A stretch of 19,394 nucleotides of DNA from an uncultured delta proteobacterium. GTDB taxonomy: Bacteria; Desulfobacterota; Syntrophobacteria; BM002. The translations under genes were made by a program, and so were the position numbers. The stretch is taken from the NCBI GenBank assembly GCA_963712115.1, contig CAVQGX010000035.1, positions 1 through 19,394 on the forward strand, in the 5' to 3' direction. Of this stretch, positions 1-7,479 are shown piece after piece. Numbering within the stretch: position 1 is the first letter of the stretch; each line of letters starts with the position of its first letter. The notes beneath the pieces are model-generated. The model was not told the DNA's origin, ran no database searches, and saw nothing but the letters and a program-made list of their open reading frames with translations.

Positions 1-87
1 TCATCCGCCCTCGAATATTTAGAGCTCTATGAGAAAGTCCTGGCCGAGAAGGGAGAAGAGCATAGGACAGAGGGCAGCAGGCAGTAG
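1..87 (+). CDS. 3' end of a gene entering the window; probable GT-B glycosyltransferase (glycogen synthase/GT4-like C-terminal helix)
   Basis: Frame 1 reads SSALEYLELYEKVLAEKGEEHRTEGSRQ* (TAG 85-87). SAxEYLxLYE resembles the terminal helix of GlgA/GT4 enzymes. Only 28 codons are visible. Confidence 0.4.
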   Translation, partial: SSALEYLELYEKVLAEKGEEHRTEGSRQ

Positions 88-276
88 ACAGTAAGCGTCG
101 CAAGACCTAGGCCCACGAGCAAATAGGCCACAGATATAGAAGTTGGGATTCTCCTGAATTTTGGGCCGGTGCCAGAGATCAAACGCAAGGTTTTTGATAA
201 TTTCAGAAAATATAAGGCTGATTGAATCTGTGCAAATCTGTGTCCAAATTAATCCACTCAAGGAAAGGATAATTCG

Positions 277-498
277 ATGACTCCCAAGCGAATTGTTTTT
301 TTGGTTTTGGGGTTGCTGTTTGCAACGTTCATTGTTCAAAATGCTGAGGTGGTACAGGTGCGCTTTCTTTTTTGGAGTGCACAGGCGTCACGGGCTATCA
401 TTATACTGGGAACTTTCGTCCTGGGGATTATAGTGGGCTGGGTGTCTGGCCGGGTGAAGAAGAAAGATACAGCTATACCGGTGAGTACTGACAAGTAA
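277..498 (+). CDS. LapA/DUF1049-family small membrane protein
   Basis: 73 aa, two hydrophobic segments, FIVQNAEVVQVRFLFW motif typical of LapA family, basic tail; purine-rich RBS GGAAAGGA upstream. Confidence 0.8.
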   Translation: MTPKRIVFLVLGLLFATFIVQNAEVVQVRFLFWSAQASRAIIILGTFVLGIIVGWVSGRVKKKDTAIPVSTDK

Positions 499-539
499 CC
501 TCTGACCAGTCAGAATTCACTAGACAGTAGCCAGCAGAT

Positions 540-675
540 AGCAGGTAGAACTCAGAGGTCAGAGATCAGATGTCGGAGGTCAGCGGTAAAGCTGATCTCT
601 GATCTCCGACTTCTGACCTCTGTGATGGACGACTTGAACGGTATCAACGATTTGAACCGTTTGAACCATTTGACG
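540..675 (+). repeat. Left copy of long inverted repeat (heptamer hairpin plus degenerate 9-mer array)
   Basis: 540-631 is the exact reverse complement of 2651-2742 (92 bp). 632-675 is a degenerate TTGAACGAT-like 9-mer array matching 2599-2650. Internal hairpin 553-622 of TCAGAGG-like heptamers, loop GGTAAA. Confidence 0.95.
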
Positions 676-754
676 ACATGCCCACTGCTCCTTGCCTACG
701 GGATTCTGGCTTCTGACCACTTTTTGACCAACATCAGATCAGAGATAAGCTCGC

Positions 755-2344
755 ATGGAACTAGGCATTGAAGCGCAAGCATTGTGGTTGCTGATAATTG
801 CTGCAGCCGTCGCAATGTTCACTAAATACATTCGGCTGCCATATACTATTGCCTTGGTAGTTGTAGGACTAGCCATGGGGGCACTCGATCTTCTGCCCCA
901 TATGCTTCTCACCCCGGAATTGGTCTTCCATATTTTCTTGCCCATCCTCCTCTTTGAAGCAGCATTCAATATAGACATACTTGACCTGCAGAAAACTGCT
1001 CGATCCATTGCGGTGTTAGCCTTGCCAGGTGTGCTGCTGGCCGCCACCGTCACTGCTATTGTTACCTATTTCGGATTTAAGTTGTGGAAAGGGGGTACCG
1101 ACTTATCTTGGGGCCATGCTCTACTTTTTGGCACCATCGTAGCTGCAACAGATCCTATTTCGGTGCTGGCTCTTTTCAGAGAGTTTGGGGTCACCCGAAG
1201 GCTTAGCTTAATTATAGAAGGCGAGAGCCTTTTTAACGACGGCGTGGCGGTAGTGCTTTTTGGGGTTATTCTGGCGATGGTTCAAGGGGACGATTTTAAC
1301 GCCCTAACTGCTATAGGGCAATTTGTAGTAAGCGTGGTTGGTGGAGGGGGCATTGGAGTCCTGCTCGGCCTGGCCATGGCCAAAATAATGAGCTTGGTGG
1401 ATGACCATCTCATCGAGATTACCTTGACCACAATTCTTGCTTTCAGTGCTTATTTGCTTGCCGAGCATCTGCATGTCTCAGGGGTTATTGCGGTTATTGG
1501 GGCAGGTATAATGACCGGTAACTACTCGACAAAACTGGCCATGTCACCCACTACCCGAATATCAGTTTCAGACTTCTGGGAATATGCTGCCTTTGTAGTT
1601 AATTCTGTGCTTTTTGTCATGGTTGGTATCGAGGTGAAAATAGTCGACTTTGCACCACTGTGGGTTGCAGCATTGTTGGCAGTAGCTGCCATGACCTGTG
1701 GACGGGCAGCCGCGGTGTTTGTCACAGCACCTATTATCGGCAGGGTGGATAAAGTTTTACCTGCAAGTTGGCAAGGTGTGCTCTTTTGGGGGGGCATTCG
1801 AGGAGCCATCTGCATGGTCCTAGCTCTTAGCCTACCCAGGGATCTGGCTCTCCGTCAGCTCTTGATAACCATGATTTTCGCAGTGGTGATATTTACCCTG
1901 CTGGTTCAGGGCTTGAGCATGAAGGCTTTGCTTAAGAAGCTGGGTCTAATGCCAATCAAAACGCAGGAGACGTACGAGGCAAGGAAGGGTGAAATATACG
2001 CCCTAGGGCGAGTCCGGTTGGAGCTGGAGCAGATGCATAACCGTGGCGCCCTGTCACAACGAAACTATGAAATTTTGGCACCGCGCTTGCAGGATCGTTT
2101 AAAGGATTTAAAGGTAGATTTGCATGAGGTTGCCGCCATAGAGCGGGAGGCCGTGGCTGAGGAATTGGACCGTGCAGAAGAAAGGCTCCTCCACGCAGAA
2201 AAAGACGGAATCAGGGAGGCCTACCTCTCTGGAATCATCTCAGAAGGGGTTATGAAAAAACTCTTGAGCAGTGTTGATGATAGACTCTTTGCCCTGGAGG
2301 CAGCCGCGGAAAAGCATCCCACTTCCAATGGAAAAGAAAATTAG
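755..2344 (+). CDS. CPA1-family (NhaP/NhaG-like) Na+/H+ antiporter with cytoplasmic C-terminal domain
   Basis: Many TM segments with CPA1 motifs ATDPISV, IEGESLFNDG, GGIRGAI; helical hydrophilic C-terminal region. Confidence 0.92.
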   Translation: MELGIEAQALWLLIIAAAVAMFTKYIRLPYTIALVVVGLAMGALDLLPHMLLTPELVFHIFLPILLFEAAFNIDILDLQKTARSIAVLALPGVLLAATVTAIVTYFGFKLWKGGTDLSWGHALLFGTIVAATDPISVLALFREFGVTRRLSLIIEGESLFNDGVAVVLFGVILAMVQGDDFNALTAIGQFVVSVVGGGGIGVLLGLAMAKIMSLVDDHLIEITLTTILAFSAYLLAEHLHVSGVIAVIGAGIMTGNYSTKLAMSPTTRISVSDFWEYAAFVVNSVLFVMVGIEVKIVDFAPLWVAALLAVAAMTCGRAAAVFVTAPIIGRVDKVLPASWQGVLFWGGIRGAICMVLALSLPRDLALRQLLITMIFAVVIFTLLVQGLSMKALLKKLGLMPIKTQETYEARKGEIYALGRVRLELEQMHNRGALSQRNYEILAPRLQDRLKDLKVDLHEVAAIEREAVAEELDRAEERLLHAEKDGIREAYLSGIISEGVMKKLLSSVDDRLFALEAAAEKHPTSNGKEN

Positions 2345-2401
2345 TGATGAAAACTGATATGTCGCCCTGCCACCCTCCAACCGCTTCCCCAGGAGCCCGG
2401 T

Positions 2402-2575
2402 ATGAAGAAAAATGAGAAATTGCTGGAGGCCTGGAATCAGTTAGTCAAAGCGATTAGCCAGAAAGAGGGCTTGAGCGGAGATCAGGCAGTACAGCATGTG
2501 AGGAAGCATTTTCCTGAGCTCTACGAACTTTACAGGCAGGCTCAAAAGGAGAAGCAGACGAAGGGGTCGAAGTAA
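2402..2575 (+). CDS. Small hypothetical protein, 57 aa (absent from ORF track)
   Basis: AGGAG at 2391-2395, ATG 2402, TAA 2573-2575: MKKNEKLLEAWNQLVKAISQKEGLSGDQAVQHVRKHFPELYELYRQAQKEKQTKGSK; amphipathic helical pattern; fills the gap between antiporter and repeat. Confidence 0.75.
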   Translation: MKKNEKLLEAWNQLVKAISQKEGLSGDQAVQHVRKHFPELYELYRQAQKEKQTKGSK

Positions 2576-2598
2576 CTCGCATAGCGCAAAGAGCACAG

Positions 2599-2742
2599 CG
2601 TCAAATGGTTCAAAGCGTTCAAATCGTTTAAGTCGTTAAACCGTTTAAGCCGTCCATCACAGAGGTCAGAAGTCGGAGATCAGAGATCAGCTTTACCGCT
2701 GACCTCCGACATCTGATCTCTGACCTCTGAGTTCTACCTGCT
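2599..2742 (-). repeat. Right copy of long inverted repeat
   Basis: Reverse complement of 540-675 with about one extra 9-mer unit; followed by CTGCTGC heptamers to about 2770. Confidence 0.95.
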
Positions 2743-2806
2743 GCCCGCTGCATGCTGCCTGCTGCCTGCTGAAATGGGGGGCTCGACTCTACCTGACTAA
2801 TGCAGT

Positions 2807-4060
2807 ATGATTGGCCGCATGAAAGCAATCGTCCTCATTGTCTACCTGTTCTTCCTCGGCTTCTCTATGTGGCTCAAGTGGTTGAACATTACGTATCTTA
2901 AAGAGCAGGGCCAGCAGGTCCCACCCGAGTTCGCCGGAGCTATCAATGGCGACACCTTGGGCAAAACCACATCCTACACGGCGGAAACCAGCAGGCTGAG
3001 TGTAATTGCCTCGATTCTCAATAATATACTTGTGATTGCCTTCCTCTTCGGTGGAATCATAACCATATATGACGGTTGGATTGCTTCCCTCTCTCAATCA
3101 TTTGTTTTGAGGGGAGTACTGTTTATGCTAGGCCTTCTCTATGGAGAGACCATTTTTTCTATTCCATTTAGCCTATACAAGAATTTCAGTATCGAGAACC
3201 GCTACAGCTTCAATACCCTCACCGGGAAACTTTGGTTGAGCGATTTGATTAAGTCTACGGTTATCTCAACCCTTCTGCTGTCAATCCTCGTTGCGGCTGC
3301 TCTCTATCTGGTCCAGTATACACCGGGGTGGTGGTGGCTGTGGGTTTGGCTTCTGTTTCTGCTCTTTAGCATCTTTCTCATGTATATTTCGCCCTACGTT
3401 ATTGAACCACTCTTTTTCAAATTCGAACCGGTGCAGACCGAGGGGCTGGAGGGAGAGATCAGATCTTTGATGGAAAAAGCGGGGCTGAAGGTGGGCAGTG
3501 TGTTTCAGGTAGATGCTTCCAAACGTAGCCGACATTCCAACGCCTATTTTACCGGAATAGGTAGGGTAAAGCGAATCGTCCTTTTCGACACCCTGCTGGA
3601 GAGTATGAGTCAGAGTGAGATTATTGCGGTGCTTGCCCACGAAGTGGGACATTGGAAAAAAAAGCACGTGTTGAAAAGGATCATACTGACCGAAACAGTG
3701 GCACTGGGAGCAATCTTTCTCGCCCACAAATTGCTCAATTGGGAGGGGTTGCCTGGCATGATCGGCTTGCAGGAGGGTTCCTTCTATGTGCGGCTTGCCA
3801 TACTGGGATTTCTCGGATCCCTGCTAATCTTCCCCCTCACGCCAGCTTTGAGCCTTCTTTCCCGCAAGCATGAATGGCAAGCAGATAGGTTCGCCTGCGC
3901 GCTCACTGGACGACCCCTGGATTTGGCCAATGCTTTGATAAAGCTCTCCAAGGACAACCTGGCCAATCTTCATCCCCATCCCCTTTACGCCGCTTTCTAC
4001 TATAGTCATCCTCCCGTGGTGCAGCGGGTCGGCAAGCTGCAGGATCAAGCTGCTTCGTAA
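2807..4060 (+). CDS. M48-family (Ste24/CAAX protease-like) membrane zinc metallopeptidase
   Basis: Multiple TM helices, NAYFTG, HEVGH (HExxH), downstream ExxAD and YSHPP motifs. Start may be ATG 2819. Confidence 0.93.
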   Translation: MIGRMKAIVLIVYLFFLGFSMWLKWLNITYLKEQGQQVPPEFAGAINGDTLGKTTSYTAETSRLSVIASILNNILVIAFLFGGIITIYDGWIASLSQSFVLRGVLFMLGLLYGETIFSIPFSLYKNFSIENRYSFNTLTGKLWLSDLIKSTVISTLLLSILVAAALYLVQYTPGWWWLWVWLLFLLFSIFLMYISPYVIEPLFFKFEPVQTEGLEGEIRSLMEKAGLKVGSVFQVDASKRSRHSNAYFTGIGRVKRIVLFDTLLESMSQSEIIAVLAHEVGHWKKKHVLKRIILTETVALGAIFLAHKLLNWEGLPGMIGLQEGSFYVRLAILGFLGSLLIFPLTPALSLLSRKHEWQADRFACALTGRPLDLANALIKLSKDNLANLHPHPLYAAFYYSHPPVVQRVGKLQDQAAS

Positions 4061-4096
4061 GAAGTCCTAGGTGGTCAGTATGAAAATTGGTCCGGG

Positions 4097-5203
4097 CTAG
4101 GGAGTCAATTGAAGCCTTTGTCCCACCCTTAGCAAGGATCCTTGAATGTTGTTGAGCCTTTTCAAGGTTGTTACGGAGATCCCGGTTCTCACCGAAATAT
4201 GGCTTAGAGTATCGCCTGCTTGAACCACGTAATGGTTGGGGGATGGTTCGGTAACTTCTCCAGATGATTTATTATCAAGCCGTTGAAGAGCCTCTGTTAG
4301 CCTGGATTCGGTGCCAAGGGGGACCTTAATGGTGTATTGTCCAGTTGGTAATTGGTGTCTAAGGATATGAGGGTTTAGCTCTTTTAGAACCCTGTATTCT
4401 GAGCCTATGGCGGCCGCCACATAGGCGAGATGGAGTTGCCTGTCAATTTTGACCTGGACGGTATCGTATTCTAAGGGCTGGTATATCTGTTCCTCTACCA
4501 AGTGGTAGCCATAGCGTTGTGGATTCTCCATGATGATCTTTATGGCGGTAATGCGAAAGATGAAACGCTCAGTCTCTGAGGGAAGGTTGAGGCTGTAAAA
4601 GTCGTCGACCTTTTGTTTGCTTATTTCCCTTTTGAGATGATACTCCCCGCAGTTATACGCTGCCAGTACCATCGTCCAGCTGGCGAATGTATCCCGAAGG
4701 TGTTTAATATAGTTTAGGGCTGCATCAGTGGCATGCTCAAAATCCAATCGTTCATCGATCATCTGGTTTTTGCGAAGGCCGTATTCTCTGCCAGTGGGAG
4801 CCATCAGTTGCCATAATCCTACGGCTCCCTTACTCGAACGGATGCCAGTGATAAGTGCACTCTCAGCCACGGCGAGGTACTTAAGGTCGTCCGGCAGTCC
4901 TTCCTCAGCCAGTTTTTTTTCCAGGTAAGGGAAATACCGTCCTGCCCTCTTAAGCCACAGAATGACTTGGGGCCTTTCCCAAACTGCTATGGTGAATTCT
5001 CGATCCAACTTTTCCCAGACACTGGGACTGTCAAGGGGAATCAATTCGTCGCATAGGGTGATTGATTGAGGGAGGTTAACCCTGGCAGAATCGATGTGTT
5101 TGGTTTTCAGGGGAAAATATGCACAAGACGGAAGCAGAGCTATTAGAAATCCGAGGAGCAAACCGAAGGTGGCCAGCCGCATGGAGTGAGATTTAGCTTC
5201 CAT
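4097..5203 (-). CDS. MltD-like lytic transglycosylase lipoprotein with C-terminal LysM
   Basis: Lipobox-like LLPSC; SLT motifs AVAES (catalytic Glu), GAVGLWQLM, AAYNCGE; LysM YVVQAGDTLSHIS...LRVGQRL; GGAG RBS. Confidence 0.92.
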   Translation of the reverse strand: MEAKSHSMRLATFGLLLGFLIALLPSCAYFPLKTKHIDSARVNLPQSITLCDELIPLDSPSVWEKLDREFTIAVWERPQVILWLKRAGRYFPYLEKKLAEEGLPDDLKYLAVAESALITGIRSSKGAVGLWQLMAPTGREYGLRKNQMIDERLDFEHATDAALNYIKHLRDTFASWTMVLAAYNCGEYHLKREISKQKVDDFYSLNLPSETERFIFRITAIKIIMENPQRYGYHLVEEQIYQPLEYDTVQVKIDRQLHLAYVAAAIGSEYRVLKELNPHILRHQLPTGQYTIKVPLGTESRLTEALQRLDNKSSGEVTEPSPNHYVVQAGDTLSHISVRTGISVTTLKRLNNIQGSLLRVGQRLQLTP

Positions 5204-5319
5204 AGTAGACTCCGGTCATTAGCAGGTTCAATCTTTTCCGTACAAGCTAACTAGCTGAAATAAAATTGTATTTTTTGAGAGTTAGATTTTTCTCTCTCTT
5301 TCCCCGGTATAATACTGGT

Positions 5320-5334
5320 GCAGGGTTGGTGCCA
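5320..5334 (-). promoter_or_regulatory. sigma-54 -24/-12 element upstream of lytic transglycosylase
   Basis: Minus strand TGGCACCAACCCTGC(A), GG-N10-GC spacing, intergenic and correctly oriented. Confidence 0.7.
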
Positions 5335-5422
5335 AAGGGTTGGAGAACATCAAAAACCTCGGTCAATTGCAGTTTTATTAAGTTCCTTGCTAAATTCCAA
5401 CATCTGGCCATGTCGGCAAATT

Positions 5423-5458
5423 TGGCCAAAGGGCAAAAAGGGATTGGTGAAAAGGCCA
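5423..5458. promoter_or_regulatory. Two TGGC-N6-GCCA-like palindromes (putative enhancer sites)
   Basis: TGGCCAAAGGGCAA 5423-5436 and TGGTGAAAAGGCCA 5445-5458, one mismatch each, 22 bp apart centre to centre. Confidence 0.55.
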
Positions 5459-5515
5459 GCTCATGAAGGCGGGGTGAGGAATGTAAGTAAATGTTAATTA
5501 ATGATAATAAATTAT

Positions 5516-5545
5516 TTGACTTTTTTCTCTTAGAGGGACTATCAT
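5516..5545 (+). promoter_or_regulatory. sigma-70-type promoter of cold-shock gene
   Basis: TTGACT (5516-5521), 18-bp spacer, TATCAT (5540-5545), AT-rich tract upstream; implies about 120-nt 5' UTR. Confidence 0.6.
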
Positions 5546-5672
5546 CACCTAAACCATGAAGGGGCCGTATATATTGACGGCCAGGTTTCGTTTTGAGGTA
5601 GGATCCATTTGTAAAAAAGTGGCAACCTCAAGTGTGGAACCGTTAGAATTTTTTCGAAAGGAGGGTGTCACT

Positions 5673-5873
5673 ATGGCCACTGGCATCGTAAAGTGGTTTG
5701 ATGACCGCAAAGGCTACGGATTTATTGAGCAAGAAGATGGTCCGGATGTATTCGTTCATCACTCAGGGATCAACGCAAGCGGTTTCAAATCTCTCAACGA
5801 AGGCGACAGAGTAACCTTTGACGTGGAACAGGGCAAAAAAGGTCCTGCCGCAGTAAACGTCACCAAGGCTTAG
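5673..5873 (+). CDS. csp: Cold-shock protein (CspA family), 66 aa
   Basis: [18 protein letters not shown] (RNP1) and DVFVHHS (RNP2); AAGGAGG RBS at 5658-5664 fixes the start at 5673, not 5556. Confidence 0.97.
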   Translation: MATGIVKWFDDRKGYGFIEQEDGPDVFVHHSGINASGFKSLNEGDRVTFDVEQGKKGPAAVNVTKA

Positions 5874-5896
5874 TTGCTAGTAACACGGTTATCACG

Positions 5897-5933
5897 GGCG
5901 TCTTGTCTAAACAGGACAAGACGCCTTTTTTTT
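5897..5933 (+). terminator. Intrinsic terminator of csp
   Basis: 11-bp stem GGCGTCTTGTC / GACAAGACGCC followed by T8. Confidence 0.9.
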
Positions 5934-5949
5934 GCGGGTCCCCTGAAAG

Positions 5950-5987
5950 TCCACATTCCGCATTCCGCATTCCGAAATCCGCAATCG
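5950..5987. repeat. Heptamer tandem array TCCGCAW
   Basis: TCCACAT TCCGCAT TCCGCAT TCCGAAA TCCGCAA TCG; same unit as 7311-7341. Confidence 0.85.
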
Positions 5988-6040
5988 AGTTGCTCCAGTA
6001 CTCCAAACCAGATTCGAATGAGCTATTTGGTCAGGACAAA

Positions 6041-6058
6041 TTTGGCCAATTGGCCAAA
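6041..6058. promoter_or_regulatory. Perfect 18-bp palindrome TTTGGCCAATTGGCCAAA (putative enhancer site)
   Basis: Directly visible; core TGGC-N6-GCCA centred 93.5 bp upstream of the sigma-54 element at 6143. Confidence 0.65.
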
Positions 6059-6142
6059 CTTTTTTGAAAGCCCATACTGTCGTAAAATCGCGAATATTCG
6101 CAAATGTCCTAAATAAATACGATTTCTCTTCCCTCCTATTCT

Positions 6143-6157
6143 TGGCACTACTTCTGC
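6143..6157 (+). promoter_or_regulatory. sigma-54 -24/-12 element upstream of microprotein / Lar-DUF4388 pair
   Basis: TGGCACTACTTCTGC(A), GG-N10-GC. Confidence 0.7.
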
Positions 6158-6235
6158 AGATACGGACGGGTGGCAATCTCAATCTAAGCGGGGTTCTGCA
6201 ACTATTCTGGATAACTATTCTTGGAAGATAAACTT

Positions 6236-6355
6236 ATGAATGGAAGGCCAAGCGAAAGATGCGGAGGTTGTGTTTGGTGGCACGAGGGACCTCTTATGTG
6301 CCAGGGGTGCCCTAACAATCCAGATACAAAGAGAAAGGAAGCTGGAGGTGATTGA
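6236..6355 (+). CDS. 39-aa Cys-rich microprotein (CxxC-x9-CxxC), absent from ORF track
   Basis: MNGRPSERCGGCVWWHEGPLMCQGCPNNPDTKRKEAGGD*; its TGA (6353-6355) overlaps the next ATG (TGATG); weak GGAAG RBS. Confidence 0.6.
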   Translation: MNGRPSERCGGCVWWHEGPLMCQGCPNNPDTKRKEAGGD

Positions 6356-7083
6356 TGTCGCAGCAAGAGAGGGACTTCCAATCCTGCCCATTTTGTGACG
6401 CTAGTGAGTACGGAGATGAAGGTGTGAGGTTGAGACTCGTCTCCACTTCCAGTGGCTATTATGCAGTCATCTGTTATTGTGGTGCTGCGGGGCCAATAAG
6501 AGATAGTGAAGAAAAGGCAATAGAAGCCTGGAATAGGCGAGACTTTTCTAGAGGAGATGCAGCCCAAAATTTGTTCAGTGCATCATTTACACTGGGGCAG
6601 GTGGGACTTAGAGGGGATCTTCAATCCTTCGATTTTTCTATGGTCCTGCAGGTTGTTTCTAAAGGTGAAAAGACTGGCGTCCTTTACTTTAGACAAGGGG
6701 AGGAAGTCAGGGCCTTGCATTTAAGAGGTGGTAACATCATCGCTGCCAGCGGCAACGAGGGACTGCGCTTGGGGCAAATCGGATTTGGCAAAGGGTTGAT
6801 TTCTCAAGAACAGCTGCAGGAGGTTTTGATAGAGGCAAAGAAGACCGGGAGGCGAATGGGTGAGGTCCTCCTTGATCTTTCCTATATAAATGAGGATGAG
6901 CTTAAAGAGTTGATTCGTCACCAGATAAGAGAGATAGTCTTGGAAATTTCCTGCTGGAAAGAAGGAGATTTTGAATTTCGGGACTATCCAGAAGAATTTG
7001 ACGAACGAGGGATCGAAGACATTAATATCATGAGAATAATTCTGGAGGCAGCGGTAAGAAGAGATGAAAGGGCTGCTGCCTAA
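6355..7083 (+). CDS. Fusion of Lar-family (restriction alleviation-like) Zn ribbon and DUF4388/PATAN-like domain
   Basis: N-term CPFC...VICYCGAAGP...AIEAWNRR is the Lar-family pattern; C-term LRGDLQSFDFSMVLQ...KTGVLYF...RLGQI...RMGEVL...WKEGDFEF is the DUF4388 pattern. GGAGGTGA RBS favours ATG 6355 over TTG 6352. Confidence 0.8.
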   Translation: MSQQERDFQSCPFCDASEYGDEGVRLRLVSTSSGYYAVICYCGAAGPIRDSEEKAIEAWNRRDFSRGDAAQNLFSASFTLGQVGLRGDLQSFDFSMVLQVVSKGEKTGVLYFRQGEEVRALHLRGGNIIAASGNEGLRLGQIGFGKGLISQEQLQEVLIEAKKTGRRMGEVLLDLSYINEDELKELIRHQIREIVLEISCWKEGDFEFRDYPEEFDERGIEDINIMRIILEAAVRRDERAAA

Positions 7084-7189
7084 CCCGGATAATTCACGAG
7101 TCGGCTGCTCCGACCGCGGATATGGGCGTCCTTCCGTGCGTCCTCGGGTCCCGCACCCTGCAACGTACTTTTCAAGTACGCCTCGCCTT

Positions 7190-7341
7190 CGATCTTGGAT
7201 TTCGGATTTCGGATCTCGGATTTTTGACAACAATTGATTATATCGAACTCAATAGTTCAGATTTTGCCATTTGTTCTCTGGTTTCCAAGAGCTTTTGAGC
7301 AAATTTTCAATCCGCATTCCGCAATCCGCATTCCCCAATCG
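7190..7341. repeat. Heptamer-arm imperfect hairpin nested in MITE A1
   Basis: Left arm of GGATTTC-like units (7190-7223) is imperfectly complementary to right arm of TCCGCAW units (7308-7341); absent from copy A2. Confidence 0.75.
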
Positions 7342-7352
7342 TCAACCCGGTG

Positions 7353-7399
7353 GCCCGCCCGCCTCGCCTGAGCGAGCAGGCTCGCGATGGCGGGCAGGC
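7353..7399. repeat. GC-rich REP-like palindrome nested in MITE A1
   Basis: GCCCGCC-TCGC...GCGA-T-GGCGGGC stem; absent from copy A2. Confidence 0.65.
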
Positions 7400-7479
7400 A
7401 AGCCCATCTTCACGGTCTCGCGACACCAATTCGTGAATTATCCGGGTTAAAATTCCCCTCTTTGTTGCTCGGAAGGTTT

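Larger units (their letters stand above)
7083..7447 (-). mobile_element. MITE family A, copy 1 (365 bp, with nested insertions)
   Basis: 17-bp perfect TIRs ACCCGGATAATTCACGA / TCGTGAATTATCCGGGT, TA on both sides (7081-82, 7448-49). Internal blocks CGACCGCGGATATG, TTCAAGTACGCCTCG and CACGGTCTCGC are shared with the reverse complement of 16626-16790. Confidence 0.85.

Noticed and set aside
2807-4060. Ste24-like peptidase as the processing enzyme for the CFIATA tail
   Set aside because: Such M48 peptidases are widespread, the genes are over 5 kb apart, and the tail is not a CaaX box.
5556-5672. N-terminal extension making the cold-shock protein 105 aa
   Set aside because: Strong RBS directly before ATG 5673 and canonical 66-aa size; the upstream part is better read as UTR.
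6158-6310. c-di-GMP-I riboswitch near the HD-GYP locus
   Set aside because: Only scattered GGCAA/GAAA words; the ordered GGCAAA-stem-GAAA-GACGCAAA core is absent by eye.
6355-6545. Prophage remnant implied by the Lar-like domain
   Set aside because: No integrase, structural or other phage genes nearby; the domain is fused in frame to a host-type domain.
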